Shown one piece after another: positions 22,315 to 32,545 of a stretch of 64,000 nt of DNA. The position numbers and the translations under genes were made by a program. The number at the start of each line of letters is the position of its first letter. Position 1 is the stretch's first letter. The DNA lies in the NCBI GenBank assembly GCA_963758635.1, contig CAVWWD010000007.1:96001-160000 (forward strand), written 5' to 3'. Source of the DNA: an uncultured Candidatus Rokubacteria bacterium (GTDB lineage: Bacteria > Methylomirabilota > Methylomirabilia > Rokubacteriales > CSP1-6). The notes under the pieces are model-generated. The model was not told the origin of the DNA. It did not search any database and worked only from the letters and a program-made list of their open reading frames with translations.

Positions 22315-23916
22315 GTGACACTGCTGCGATTCATCCGACGTCGTTCGTGGATGCTCGGGATCGGAACCCTGGCGACGGGCATGGCCAGCGGGCTCTGCGC
22401 GGCGGCTCTCATCGCGCTGATCAACAGGGCCCTCAGATCGGACTCATCGGTCACCGCGCTGGTCTGGGGATTCGCGGGCCTCGCCGCGGCTCGAGTGATT
22501 TCGGGGGCAGCCGCCCAGATTCTCACGAATCACTTCTCGCAGCGCGTGCTCGCGGACCTGTGTCGAGATCTGAGCCGGCGACTGCTCGCCGTACCGCTGC
22601 CACGGCTCGAGGTCATCGGCATGCCACGGGCGCTGGTCACCCTCACCGACGACGTGGCCGTCATCGCCTGGGCCATCCAGAGCTTGCCCGGGCTCGCCAC
22701 CAATCTCGCCATCCTCGGGGGGTGCGCCGCGTATCTCGGATGGCTGTCCGGGCCGATCTTTCTGGGCGTGTCGGGCTTCGTAGCGGCTGGCACGGGCATC
22801 TTCCTGCTGATGCTCCGACCGGCACGACGGCAGTGGAGCCAGATATGGCGGCACCGAGAGCGCCTCGTCGGCCATCTCCACGCACTGATCGACGGAGTGA
22901 AGGAGCTGAAGCTTCACGCCCCACGCCGGGAGGCATTTGTCTCGGGCTCCATCGGGAGCGCCCTGGACGCGATTCAACGCGCGAGCCTGCGCGGGGCCAT
23001 CTACCAAGCGCTCGCCAGCGGCTGGAGCCACGCGGTGTTCCTCCTGCTCATCGGGATCCTGGTGTTTGGTATGCCGAGCCTGCGCGAAGGCCCCAGCGAG
23101 GCGCTCACCGGCTACCTGCTCGTGGCGTTCTACATGATCGGTCCACTCTGGGGCGTCATCGACACGTGGCCGAACATCTCCCGGGGTAGCGTCGCCGTCG
23201 AGCGGGTGACCGAGCTGACCAGCTCGCTCCATCCCGGGCTGTCCACCGAGCGAGCGGCCCAGGCCCCGGTGGGGTGGGAGCGGCTCGAGCTCAAGGGCCT
23301 CGTGTTCGCGTACCCCGCCGAGGACGGCACCCGCCGCTTTCAGCTGGGCCCCTTCGACTTCACGCTCCAGCCGGGCGAGATCGTGTTCGTCGCCGGTGGA
23401 AACGGCAGTGGCAAGTCCACGTTCGCGAAGGTCCTCACCGGCCTGTACCCGTTGGAGGCCGGAGAGGTCAGGCTGGACGGTCATCTCGTCACCGAGCCGG
23501 AGCGCGAACGGTATTGCGAGCGCTTTTCCGCGATCTTCTCGGACTTCCACGTCTTCGATCGCCTGCTTGGGTTCGCCGGTCCCAACGTCGACGCGCGGGC
23601 CCGCGCGCACCTGGCGCGTCTGGAGCTGGACGGCAGGGTGCGAGTGGAGGACGGGGTCTTTTCGACGACCGCACTGTCATCGGGGCAACGCAAGCGACTG
23701 GCCCTCCTCGTCGCGCTCATCGAGGATCGGCCGATCTACGTGTTCGACGAATGGGCGGCAGACCAGGATCCGCACTACCGGGACATCTTCTACGGGGAGG
23801 TCCTGCCCGATCTCCGGCGGCGAGGCAAGGCGGTGGTGGTGATCAGCCACGACGATCGCTACTACGGGCTCGGCGACCGCACGGTGCGGCTCGCGTACGG
23901 CCAGATGGTTCCATGA
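22315..23916 (+). CDS. Cyclic peptide export ABC transporter (SyrD/PvdE/YojI family)
   Basis: DGVKELKLH, GGNGSGKST, LSSGQRKRLAL, FDEWAADQDP, VISHDDRY. Confidence 0.92.
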   Translation: MTLLRFIRRRSWMLGIGTLATGMASGLCAAALIALINRALRSDSSVTALVWGFAGLAAARVISGAAAQILTNHFSQRVLADLCRDLSRRLLAVPLPRLEVIGMPRALVTLTDDVAVIAWAIQSLPGLATNLAILGGCAAYLGWLSGPIFLGVSGFVAAGTGIFLLMLRPARRQWSQIWRHRERLVGHLHALIDGVKELKLHAPRREAFVSGSIGSALDAIQRASLRGAIYQALASGWSHAVFLLLIGILVFGMPSLREGPSEALTGYLLVAFYMIGPLWGVIDTWPNISRGSVAVERVTELTSSLHPGLSTERAAQAPVGWERLELKGLVFAYPAEDGTRRFQLGPFDFTLQPGEIVFVAGGNGSGKSTFAKVLTGLYPLEAGEVRLDGHLVTEPERERYCERFSAIFSDFHVFDRLLGFAGPNVDARARAHLARLELDGRVRVEDGVFSTTALSSGQRKRLALLVALIEDRPIYVFDEWAADQDPHYRDIFYGEVLPDLRRRGKAVVVISHDDRYYGLGDRTVRLAYGQMVP

Positions 23917-24923
23917 CTGCGCGCGAGCTCCTCCAGCGACTCGCGGTCCTGGACATCCGCATCTCCGCCAATGGCGACCAGCTTCGCGTGAACGCCCCGC
24001 AGAGCGTCCTCACCGCGGAGCTGTCGGCGGAGCTGGCCGCGCGCAAGCCCGAGATCCTCAGCCTCCTCGAGATCTCCGGTCGGACGCGAACGTCGCTGAT
24101 TCCGATCCAGCCATACGGGGCGCGGCCGGTGCTGTACGGAGTGCCACCGGATGGTGACGCCTTCTGCTATTTGCCGCTCTCACGCCAGCTGGGGCCGAGC
24201 CAGCCGGTCTTTGCTTTCGAGGCTCCTGGACTCGAAGGGGCCCAGGCTCCCCTGGCCAGCATCGAGGCCCTCGCCGCGCACTACCTGGCGGACTTGCGGG
24301 CTTTTCAGCCCGATGGCCCTTACTACATCAGCGGGTACTGTCTCGGCGGGATCGTGGCGTTCGAGCTCGCACGGCAGATCCGAGAGCAGGGGGAGCACGT
24401 GGCCCTGCTCGCACTGATCGAAAGCCCATCACCGGAAGGGTTCAGGACCTGCCGTAGCCGGATCAGCTTTTTCCGGCGACGGCGGGACGAGATCTTCGAG
24501 CGAGTTCGCAAGCTGGCCGGACAACCGTGGCCGGCGCGGCTGGCCTTCCTGCGGAGCCGCCTGGCTCGGGCTCTTCGCCGCAGTGATTCGACGGCTCTGG
24601 TCGGGTCAGCTCGCGGATGGCAGGAGGAGCAGAAGCTGAAAGTTCATCTGGCGATGACCGCGGCGGCGCACACCTATGTGCGCGAGGCCCGTCCCTACCC
24701 GGGGCGGATCGTTCTCTTCCTGGGAAGCCAGGAGCTGAAGCGTCGGAGGGCCTACCTTCGCCAGCTCGAGTGGGCGAACGTCGCTGGTGGCGGGCTCGAG
24801 GTTCATGTCGGACTCGATAGCTGCACAGACTACCCGATGTTGCTCAGCGACCCCCCGAGCGTCCGCGCCCTGGCCGATCACCTGACGTCCTACCTCGAGT
24901 GCCCGCCGCGGCCGCGGGCGTGA
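23913..24923 (+). CDS. Stand-alone thioesterase-fold protein with N-terminal TubC-type docking domain
   Basis: MTARELLQRL..GDQLRVNAP..KPEIL docking domain; QPDGPYYISGYCLGGIVAFELARQ TE core; ATGA overlap with ABC gene. Confidence 0.82.
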   Translation: MTARELLQRLAVLDIRISANGDQLRVNAPQSVLTAELSAELAARKPEILSLLEISGRTRTSLIPIQPYGARPVLYGVPPDGDAFCYLPLSRQLGPSQPVFAFEAPGLEGAQAPLASIEALAAHYLADLRAFQPDGPYYISGYCLGGIVAFELARQIREQGEHVALLALIESPSPEGFRTCRSRISFFRRRRDEIFERVRKLAGQPWPARLAFLRSRLARALRRSDSTALVGSARGWQEEQKLKVHLAMTAAAHTYVREARPYPGRIVLFLGSQELKRRRAYLRQLEWANVAGGGLEVHVGLDSCTDYPMLLSDPPSVRALADHLTSYLECPPRPRA

Positions 24924-25043
24924 TCCACGAGCCAGCGCACGTTCGCAGTACGTCCCTGCCCGACCTCTGAGCATTGCTGCCACGCCGGCTTGGCCGCAAT
25001 CGGCCAGGGCCGGCCGGGTCGTGGCTGTCGCTTCGCGGCATCG

Positions 25044-25059
25044 CGGCACGAGATTTGCT
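25044..25059 (+). promoter_or_regulatory. sigma54 -24/-12 promoter upstream of mini HTH gene
   Basis: CGGCACGAGATTTGCT; GG(25045-46)-N10-GC(25057-58). Confidence 0.72.
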
Positions 25060-25133
25060 CGACTGCCGCCTGCCAGTGACCGGCCGAGAGATCGCGGACG
25101 ACGGGCGCATTTGCGTTCAACCTGGGAGGCTCG

Positions 25134-25562
25134 ATGAGCGACTTGCCCGTATTGCTGATGTGCGTGGACGAAGCCACGAAGAATCTCGTGGCAAGCCTAC
25201 TCCGCGAGCGAGGATACGAGGCGATCCTCCCCCGCTCGCGCGCGGAGGCGATCGCCGCGCTCGCCTTGAGCGACCCACACCTTGCCGGGAGGTGGTCCGC
25301 CTCGGAGGACCCGGTCGAGCCGCCCAGGGCTCTGGAGGCGCGCCACACGGGCGCCGTGCTGCTGAAGGAGATTGCCCGCAGGGCGGCCCAGCAGGCTGAG
25401 CGGGACGAGATTCTCAGAATGCTCGATCGCACGCGCTGGAATCGCGTCCGGACGGCGAGGCTCTTGAACATCAGTTACCGCGCTCTGCTCTACAAGATGA
25501 AGGGCGCCGGCCTTGGGCGCGTTTCTCGAGCCGCCCGCTCCAGCCACCTGGACTCCGCGTAG
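25134..25562 (+). CDS. Small Fis-type HTH protein with partial receiver-like N-terminus, no AAA+ domain
   Basis: GGAGG RBS; AERDEILRMLDRTRWNRVRTARLLNISYRALLYKMK HTH_8 motif. Confidence 0.78.
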   Translation: MSDLPVLLMCVDEATKNLVASLLRERGYEAILPRSRAEAIAALALSDPHLAGRWSASEDPVEPPRALEARHTGAVLLKEIARRAAQQAERDEILRMLDRTRWNRVRTARLLNISYRALLYKMKGAGLGRVSRAARSSHLDSA

Positions 25563-25737
25563 TGTGCAGGATGTTGCATCGGGCGGAGTCGCCTGTCCGC
25601 CTGCCATTTCGACGAGTTGGACGCCGCGGCAAACTGCCTGGCTCGCTGGACCTTCCGGTTGCCGATAGTGTGCAAGGGATTGTCATTCGTACTCGAGGAA
25701 GTTTCTGCTATCCCGCAGATTTCCCCGCCGAAGCGAG

Positions 25738-25753
25738 TGGCTAGGATCTTGCT
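25738..25753 (+). promoter_or_regulatory. sigma54 -24/-12 promoter of the sugar/GT operon
   Basis: TGGCTAGGATCTTGCT; GG(25739-40)-N10-GC(25751-52). Confidence 0.68.
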
Positions 25754-25847
25754 GTTGTCCGCTGGGGCCGCACGTGTCGCTCGAACGAGGGCGAGTTCGG
25801 CGGACGGCTTCAGGGAGTCCGGCTCAGGCGGGTAGAACGTTGTTCGG

Positions 25848-25884
25848 CCTGGGAAGCGTGCCAGGTCAAAGGGGGCGAAGCCTT
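25848..25884 (+). promoter_or_regulatory. JUMPstart/ops-like element
   Basis: CCTGG-N8-CCAGG hairpin followed by GGGGGCGAAGCCT (cf. ops GGCGGTAGnnT), directly before a NusG paralog. Confidence 0.55.
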
Positions 25885-26425
25885 GCCAGAAACGGGAATA
25901 ACTCATGCGTCCGAGGGTGCGAGCCGCCCGCGGTGGCACGTGCTCTGGACGCGCAGCAACTGCGAGCAGCTGGTGGCCGATCAGCTGGGGGCAAAGGGCT
26001 TCGACGTGTTCCTGCCACGAATGGGCGCGTGGTCGAGGCGTGGAGGGCGCCCGCACTTGTCGCAGCTCCCCATGTTCAGTGGATACCTGTTCGTCCATCG
26101 CCTGATGGACAAGGCGAGCTACACCGAGGTCCGAAAGTCGATTGGTCTCGTATCCATCCTCGGGGAGCGGTGGGACCGCCTCGCGACCGTCCCCGATTCC
26201 GAGATCGCGGGCATTCAGCAGGTAGAGCGTTCGAGGCTGCCCGTCCTCGCGCATCCGTACCTCCGGGAAGGCGAGCGTATCCGGATCGCGCACGGCCCTC
26301 TGGCGGATGTCGAGGGGATCTTCATCCGGGCCAATCCCAGGAAGGGGCTGCTCGTCATCTCGATCAACATGCTGCAGCGGAGCGTCGCGGTAGAGGTGGA
26401 TTGCACGCTGGTCGCGGCGGCCTAG
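25883..26425 (+). CDS. NusG-paralog antiterminator (UpxY/RfaH/TaA/LoaP type)
   Basis: WHVLWTRSNCEQ, PMFSGYLFV NGN domain; GERIRIAHGPLADVEG KOW; true start may be ATG 25905 with an indel. Confidence 0.88.
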   Translation: MPETGITHASEGASRPRWHVLWTRSNCEQLVADQLGAKGFDVFLPRMGAWSRRGGRPHLSQLPMFSGYLFVHRLMDKASYTEVRKSIGLVSILGERWDRLATVPDSEIAGIQQVERSRLPVLAHPYLREGERIRIAHGPLADVEGIFIRANPRKGLLVISINMLQRSVAVEVDCTLVAAA

Positions 26426-26527
26426 CGGTGGCCGTGCGCGCGAAGGATCGGGCCGCCGCGTGAGAGACCCTGGACAGTTGGCGCTCGAGCCGCACGGCAC
26501 GCGGCTCGACGGCCGAGGTGCACGAAC

Positions 26528-27556
26528 ATGCGCGTTCTAGTCACCGGCCACAACGGCTACATCGGGACCGTCATGGTGCCGATGCTGCTCGGCGCCGGCC
26601 ACGATGTGGTCGGCCTCGACAGCGACCTCTTCGAGCAGTGCACGTTCTGCCCCGGGATCCAGACCATCCCGGAGCTCCGGATGGACCTGCGGGACGTGCC
26701 GCCAGGGTCTCTGGAAGGATTCGACGCGATCGTCCACCTGGCGGCCCTCTCGAATGACCCGCTGGGCGACCTGAACCCGGACATCACCTACGACATCAAC
26801 CACGCCGCCTCGGTCCGCCTCGCGCGGCTCGCGAAGGCGGCCGGCGTGCCGCGCTTCCTCTACTCCTCCTCATGCAGCAGCTACGGGAAAGCCGGTGACG
26901 ATCTGGTCGACGAGACCGCCACGCTTCACCCGATCACTGCATACGCCATCTCGAAGGTGCGCGTCGAGCGGGACGTGGCGAGTCTGGCCGATGACGCGTT
27001 CAGCCCGACCTTCCTCCGGAACGCCACGGCCTACGGGGTGTCGCCGCGGCTGCGGTTCGACCTGGTGCTGAACAACCTCGTGGCGTGGGCGTTCGCCGAG
27101 GGTCGCGTCCACATCAAGAGCGACGGCACGCCCTGGCGCCCCATCGTCCACATCGAGGACATCGCGCGCGCGTTCCTCGCCGTGCTGGCCGCCCCCCGCG
27201 AGGCTGTGCACAACCAGGCGCTCAACGTCGGTCAGACCGAGGAGAACTACCGCATCCGCGAGCTGGCCGAGATCGTCCGGGAGGTGGTTCCGGGGTCGGT
27301 CATCGACTACGCGAAGGACGGCGGCCCCGATCCCCGGTGCTACCGGGTGGACTTCGGCAAGATCGGGCGCCTGGTGCCCGAGTTCAAGCCGCAGTGGAAC
27401 GCCCGCCGCGGCGCCGAGGAGCTCTACGCCGCCTATCAGACCATGGGGCTCCGGCTCGACGACTGCGAGGGTCCCCGCTTCAAGCGGATCGACCACCTGA
27501 AGCAGCTCCTGGCCACCGGCCGGGTCGATGCGGCGCTGCGCTGGAGGGCCGCATAG
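26528..27556 (+). CDS. NAD-dependent epimerase/dehydratase (extended SDR)
   Basis: [29 protein letters not shown]. Confidence 0.9.
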   Translation: MRVLVTGHNGYIGTVMVPMLLGAGHDVVGLDSDLFEQCTFCPGIQTIPELRMDLRDVPPGSLEGFDAIVHLAALSNDPLGDLNPDITYDINHAASVRLARLAKAAGVPRFLYSSSCSSYGKAGDDLVDETATLHPITAYAISKVRVERDVASLADDAFSPTFLRNATAYGVSPRLRFDLVLNNLVAWAFAEGRVHIKSDGTPWRPIVHIEDIARAFLAVLAAPREAVHNQALNVGQTEENYRIRELAEIVREVVPGSVIDYAKDGGPDPRCYRVDFGKIGRLVPEFKPQWNARRGAEELYAAYQTMGLRLDDCEGPRFKRIDHLKQLLATGRVDAALRWRAA

Positions 27557-28785
27557 TGGCCGGGTGTCTCTTCTGCTCGGCGCCGCTCCAGCACTCCGTC
27601 GTCGATCTGGGCATGTCGCCCCTCTGCGAGAGCTTTCTCACCGCCGACCAGCTCAACCAGATGGAGCCCTTCTATCCGCTCCACGTCTACGTCTGCGAGC
27701 AGTGCTTCCTCGTCCAGGTCCAGGAGTACGTGAGCCCGGAGGGGATCTTCACCGAGTACGCCTACTTCTCGTCCTACTCCGACAGCTGGCTCGCCCACGC
27801 CCGCGCGTACGTAGACATGATCACGACGCGACTCGGCCTGACCGCCGCCAGCCAGGTCGTCGAGCTCGGCAGCAACGACGGCTACCTCCTCCGACATTTC
27901 CTGCCCAGGGGCATCCCGGTCCTCGGGGTCGAGCCGGCGAAGAACGTCGCGGCGGCGGCGGTGGCCAGAGGCGTGCCGACCGTCACCAAGCTCTTCGGGC
28001 GCCGGACCGCGCGAGAACTCGTGGCCGAGGGCGTCCAGGCTGATCTCCTCTGCGGGGCCAACGTCCTCGCCCAGGTCCCCGATCTCAATGACTTCGTAGG
28101 CGGGATGAAGCTCTTGCTCAAGCCCGGGGGCATCTTCACCATCGAGTTCCCGCACCTCCTGCGCCTGATGGAGGAGAACCAGTTCGATACGATCTACCAC
28201 GAGCACTTCTCCTACTTCTCGTTCCTCGCCGCCGAGCGCATCTTCGCTGCCCACGGGCTGACGCTGTTCGACGTCGAGGAGCTGCCCACCCACGGCGGCT
28301 CGCTGCGGATCTACGGACGGCATGTCGAGGACGGTGAGATGGGCATCGGCGCGCGGGTCGTCGAGCTCCGGGCGCGGGAGATCGCGAGCGGGTTCACCCG
28401 CCTCGATCGCTACCTGTCCTTCACCGAGCAGGTGCACGAGACGAAGCGGAGGCTCCTCGAGTTCCTCATCGGCGCGAAGCGGGCGGGGAAGTCCATCGCC
28501 GGCTACGGCGCGCCCGGCAAGGGGAACACCCTCCTGAACTACTGCGGGATCCGCACCGACTTCCTCGAGTACACCGTGGATCGGAACCCCTACAAGCACG
28601 GTCGGTTCCTGCCGGGCACCCACATCCCGATCTTTCCGCCCGACCGCATCTGGGCGACGCGTCCGGACTACCTCCTGATCCTGCCGTGGAACTTGAAGGA
28701 CGAGATCATGGAGCAGATGGCGGGGATCCGCGGCTGGGGTGGGCAGTTCGTCGTCCCGATCCCGGACGTCAAGGTCTATCCGTGA
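27556..28785 (+). CDS. NDP-sugar C-methyltransferase (Zn-binding N-domain, NovU/TylC3-like)
   Basis: CLFC..CEQC; ELGSNDG; DTIYHEH; THGGSLR; GYGAPGKG; LILPWN. Confidence 0.9.
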   Translation: MAGCLFCSAPLQHSVVDLGMSPLCESFLTADQLNQMEPFYPLHVYVCEQCFLVQVQEYVSPEGIFTEYAYFSSYSDSWLAHARAYVDMITTRLGLTAASQVVELGSNDGYLLRHFLPRGIPVLGVEPAKNVAAAAVARGVPTVTKLFGRRTARELVAEGVQADLLCGANVLAQVPDLNDFVGGMKLLLKPGGIFTIEFPHLLRLMEENQFDTIYHEHFSYFSFLAAERIFAAHGLTLFDVEELPTHGGSLRIYGRHVEDGEMGIGARVVELRAREIASGFTRLDRYLSFTEQVHETKRRLLEFLIGAKRAGKSIAGYGAPGKGNTLLNYCGIRTDFLEYTVDRNPYKHGRFLPGTHIPIFPPDRIWATRPDYLLILPWNLKDEIMEQMAGIRGWGGQFVVPIPDVKVYP

Positions 28786-29333
28786 TCTTCACCGAGACCG
28801 CGCTCGCCGGCGCCTTCGTCATCGACGCCGAGCGACTCGATGACCATCGGGGCTTCTTCGCCCGCACGTGGTGTGCCCTGGAGTTCGCGGCCCACGGCCT
28901 CGACAGCCGCCTCGTCCAGTGCAGCGTCTCATTCAACGAGCGGAAGGGCACTCTCCGAGGCATGCATTACCAGGTTCCGCCGGCGGCCGAGGTGAAGGTC
29001 ATCCGGTGCACGGCGGGGGCGATCTTCGATGTGATCGTCGATCTCCGGCCGGACTCCCCCACGTTCGCCCGCCACGTCGCGGTGGTTCTGAGCGCGGAGA
29101 ACCGGAAGATGCTCTACGCGCCCGCCGGCTTCGCCCACGGCTTCCAGACGCTCGTCGACGGCACCGAGGTCTTCTACCAGATGTCGGAGTTCCATGCGCC
29201 CGAGCACGCGCGCGGCGTCCGCTGGGACGATCCCGCCTTCGACATTCGCTGGCCGGACGACGAGCGGATCATCGCCGAGCGGGACCGGACGTATGAGGAC
29301 TTCAGGGGCGCGTGGCGGAAGGTGGGGTCGTGA
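28782..29333 (+). CDS. rfbC: NDP-4-keto-6-deoxysugar 3,5-epimerase (RmlC family)
   Basis: DHRGFF, GTLRGMHYQ, FAHGFQTL, GVRWDDP. Confidence 0.9.
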   Translation: MIFTETALAGAFVIDAERLDDHRGFFARTWCALEFAAHGLDSRLVQCSVSFNERKGTLRGMHYQVPPAAEVKVIRCTAGAIFDVIVDLRPDSPTFARHVAVVLSAENRKMLYAPAGFAHGFQTLVDGTEVFYQMSEFHAPEHARGVRWDDPAFDIRWPDDERIIAERDRTYEDFRGAWRKVGS

Positions 29334-30647
29334 CGCTCGGCGAATTCCGGCGGTCCCTCGACCGCGCCGATCTGGGGCGGCGAATGTACGCCCGGGTGGC
29401 GGACCTCTACCCGCTCTGCCGGAGCATCACCGGCGATGGCCTCCGGGAGACGCTCCGGCGTCTCGGCGAGGAGCTGCCCGGCCTCGAGATCCACGAGGTT
29501 CCCAGCGGGACGCAGGTCTTCGACTGGACGGTCCCCCCGGAGTGGAACATTCGCGACGCGTGGATCAAGGACGCCGCGGGCTCGCGCGTCATCGATTTCC
29601 GGAGCTCGAACCTCCACGTCGTCAACTACAGCCCACCGGTGTCCGCGCGCCTCTCCCGCGCCGAGCTCGTGCCGCATCTCCACACGCTGCCCGACCGGCC
29701 GGACTGGATCCCGTACCGGACCTCGTACTACGCGGAGCGCTGGGGCTTCTGCCTCAGCCAGCGCGCCCTCGAGGCGCTGCCCGAGGGCGAGTACGAGGTG
29801 TGCGTGGACTCCACGCTCGCACCCGGGCACCTCTCCTACGGCGAGTGCTACCTGCCCGGGGAGACCTCGGACGAGGTTCTCCTGTCGTGTCACGTCTGCC
29901 ATCCGTCACTCGCCAATGACAACCTCGCGGGGGCGACGGTCGCCGCCTTCGCCGGCCGCCTCCTCGGCGGGCTCCGGCGCCGCTACTCGTACCGCCTGCT
30001 CTTCGTGCCCGGGACGATCGGCTCCATCACGTGGCTCGCGCGGAACGAAGCGACCGTGAGCCGGATCGCCCACGGCCTCGTGCTCGCCTGCCTCGGCGAC
30101 GGCGGCCACCCCACATTCAAGAAGAGTCGCCGGGGGGATGCGGAGATCGATCGAGTCGCCGCCCACGTCCTCCGCCGCCGGCGGCGCCCACGACATCGCG
30201 GAGTTCTCGCCCTACGGCTACGACGAGCGCCAGTACTGCTCGCCCGGGTTCGACCTGCCCGTGGGCTGCCTCATGCGGACGCCGCACGGGCGGTACCCCG
30301 AGTACCACACGTCGGCCGACAACCTGGACCTCGTCCGCCCCGAGGCGCTCGCCGATTCGCTAGACCTGCTCCTCGAGATCCTGGACGTGCTCGAACACAA
30401 CCGGACCTACGTGAACCAGAACCCGAAGGGCGAGCCGCAGCTCGGAAGGCGCGGCCTCTACCGGTCGATGGGCGGTCTCGCCGACGCCGGCGCGGTGGAG
30501 ATGGCGCTCCTCTGGGTGCTGAACCTCTCCGACGGCCGCCACTCCCTGCTCGACATCGCCGAGCGCGCGGGGCAGGGGTTCGACGGCGTCTGCCGGGCGG
30601 CGGAGCTCCTTGTGGAGCACGGCTTGCTGAAGGAGGCGGCGGTATGA
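29330..30647 (+). CDS. DUF4910/DUF2172 M28-aminopeptidase-like polysaccharide biosynthesis protein (frameshift near 30175)
   Basis: RSITGDG, FDWTVPPEW, IPYRTSYY, HVCHPSLANDNL, YDERQY, YHTSADN; C-terminal wHTH (WVLNLSDG). Confidence 0.85.
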
Positions 30648-30663
30648 CACAGGAGGGCATGCG

Positions 30664-31577
30664 ATGAGTACGATCTGGTACGAGGGCGGGTGGACGACGC
30701 CCAGCGGCGAGCGCGCCTTTACCGCGGGCATCTCGTCCTCTACGCGCCGCGGCCGAACTCGCTCCGGTTCTGCGAGTTCGCGCGGGAGATGATCGCGGAG
30801 GCCTTCGGCGGCATGGATCCCCTGACCGCCCAGGCGCGCCTGCCCGTCGAGCGCTACGTCGAGATCCTGGCCAAGCTCAAGCCGGCCTTCATCCACCATC
30901 CGCGGTCGAAGTCGTTCATCCAGGAGCTCCTCCGCGACCTCGGTTGCGACCTCGCGCGGACCTACTTCGACGTCCCGCGGATGCGCACGGCGACCTCCGA
31001 CAACTACCTGACCTCGGGCATCGCGTATGCGTTCCATCCTCATCGGGACACCTGGTATTCGGCGCCCTTCTCCCAGATCAACTGCTGGATGCCGATCTAC
31101 GACATCGTGGCCGAGAACGGGCTCGCCTTTCATCCCCACTACTGGGATCACCCGGTGAAGAACGGCTCGCGCGACTACGATTACGCGCGGTGGGTGCGGG
31201 AGTCGCGGCAGACGGCTGCCCAGCACGTGGGAGCCGACACGCGGAAGCAGCCGCGGCCGGAGGAGCCGATCGCGCTCGACCCGCAGGTCCGGCCCCTGCT
31301 CCCCGCCGGCGGCATCATCCTCTTCTCGGGGGCGCAGCTGCACTCGACCGTCCCGAACACCTCCGGGGTCACCCGCTTCAGCATCGACTTTCGCACCGTC
31401 CACCTGGACGACGTCGAGGAGAAGCGGGGCGCCCACAACATCGACTCCGAGTGCACGGGCACGACCATGGGCGACTACCTGCGAGGCACGGACCTCGCTC
31501 ACGTACCGGCCGAGCTCATCGCCCGGTACGAAAATGCCCCATATGAGCCCGCCCCGGCACTGCCGGCCGGAGTCTGA
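30664..31577 (+). CDS. Putative Fe(II)/2-oxoglutarate (PhyH-like) oxygenase
   Basis: HRD (HPHRDTW), distal H (QLHSTVPN) and RFSIDFR; ORF 30690-31577, with ATG 30664 needing an indel. Confidence 0.65.
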
Positions 31578-31581
31578 GGCG

Positions 31582-32545
31582 ATGGCGCTGGTCGCCGACC
31601 CGTTGCCTTCGACCGTCCCCTGTCCGCTGGCCGATCAGCGCGTGCTCGTCACCGGTGCCAGCGGATTCCTCGGGCGCCGCACTGACCCGGCGGCTCCGGG
31701 CCGCGGGCGCCGAGGTCCATGCGGTGTCCCGGGCCGCACGCGGCGGCGGAATCGACCGTCTGCGCTGGTGGCAGGTCGACATGGAGCATGCCCACGACGT
31801 GCACGCGCTGGTGAGCGAGATCAAGCCGGGGATCGTCTTCCATCTCGGAGGGCATGTGACGGCCGCGCCCGAGGTCGAGCTGGTCGAGAGCACCTTCCAC
31901 AGCCTCTTGGTGAGCACGGTAAATCTGCTCGGCGCAGTCACCAGGACCGGATGCCGGCGCCTCGTGCTCACCGGTTCGCTCGAGGAGCCGCGAGGCGACG
32001 CGGCGAGCGCGACCCCGACCTCGCCGTATGCCGCCGCCAAATGGGCGGCCGGCGGCTACGCTCGCATGTTCCATCGTCTCTACCAGACGCCCGCGGTGAT
32101 CGTGCGCCCCTTCTACACCTACGGACCGGCCCAGCCGGAGCACCGGGTGATCCCCTACACGATCCTCTGTTATCTGCGCGGCGTGCAGCCGCGGCTGTCC
32201 AGCGCCCGCCGCCGGCTCGATTGCGTGTATGTCGACGATGTCATCGAGGGGCTCGTCCTGGCCGCCTGCCGGCCCGGCCTGGAGGGGGCCACCGTCGATC
32301 TCGGCTCCGGCCAGGCGGTCTCCGTCAGCGATGTGGTCCTCAGGATCAAGGACCTCGCGGGGTCCTCCGTCGAGCCGGCATTCGGGGTCGAGGCCGACCG
32401 GCCCGCGGACGAGACGCGCGTGGCCGACGCCGCGCATGCGTTCCGCGCCCTCGGATGGCGCGCGTCGACGGGGCTCGATGCGGGCCTGGCGCGCACCGTC
32501 GCCTGGTATCGGGACCGGCAGCCCATCGGGGGAAACCAGTCATGA
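31582..32545 (+). CDS. NAD-dependent epimerase/reductase (frameshift near 31675)
   Basis: VLVTGASGFLG then PYAAAK and RPFYTYGP. Confidence 0.85.
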
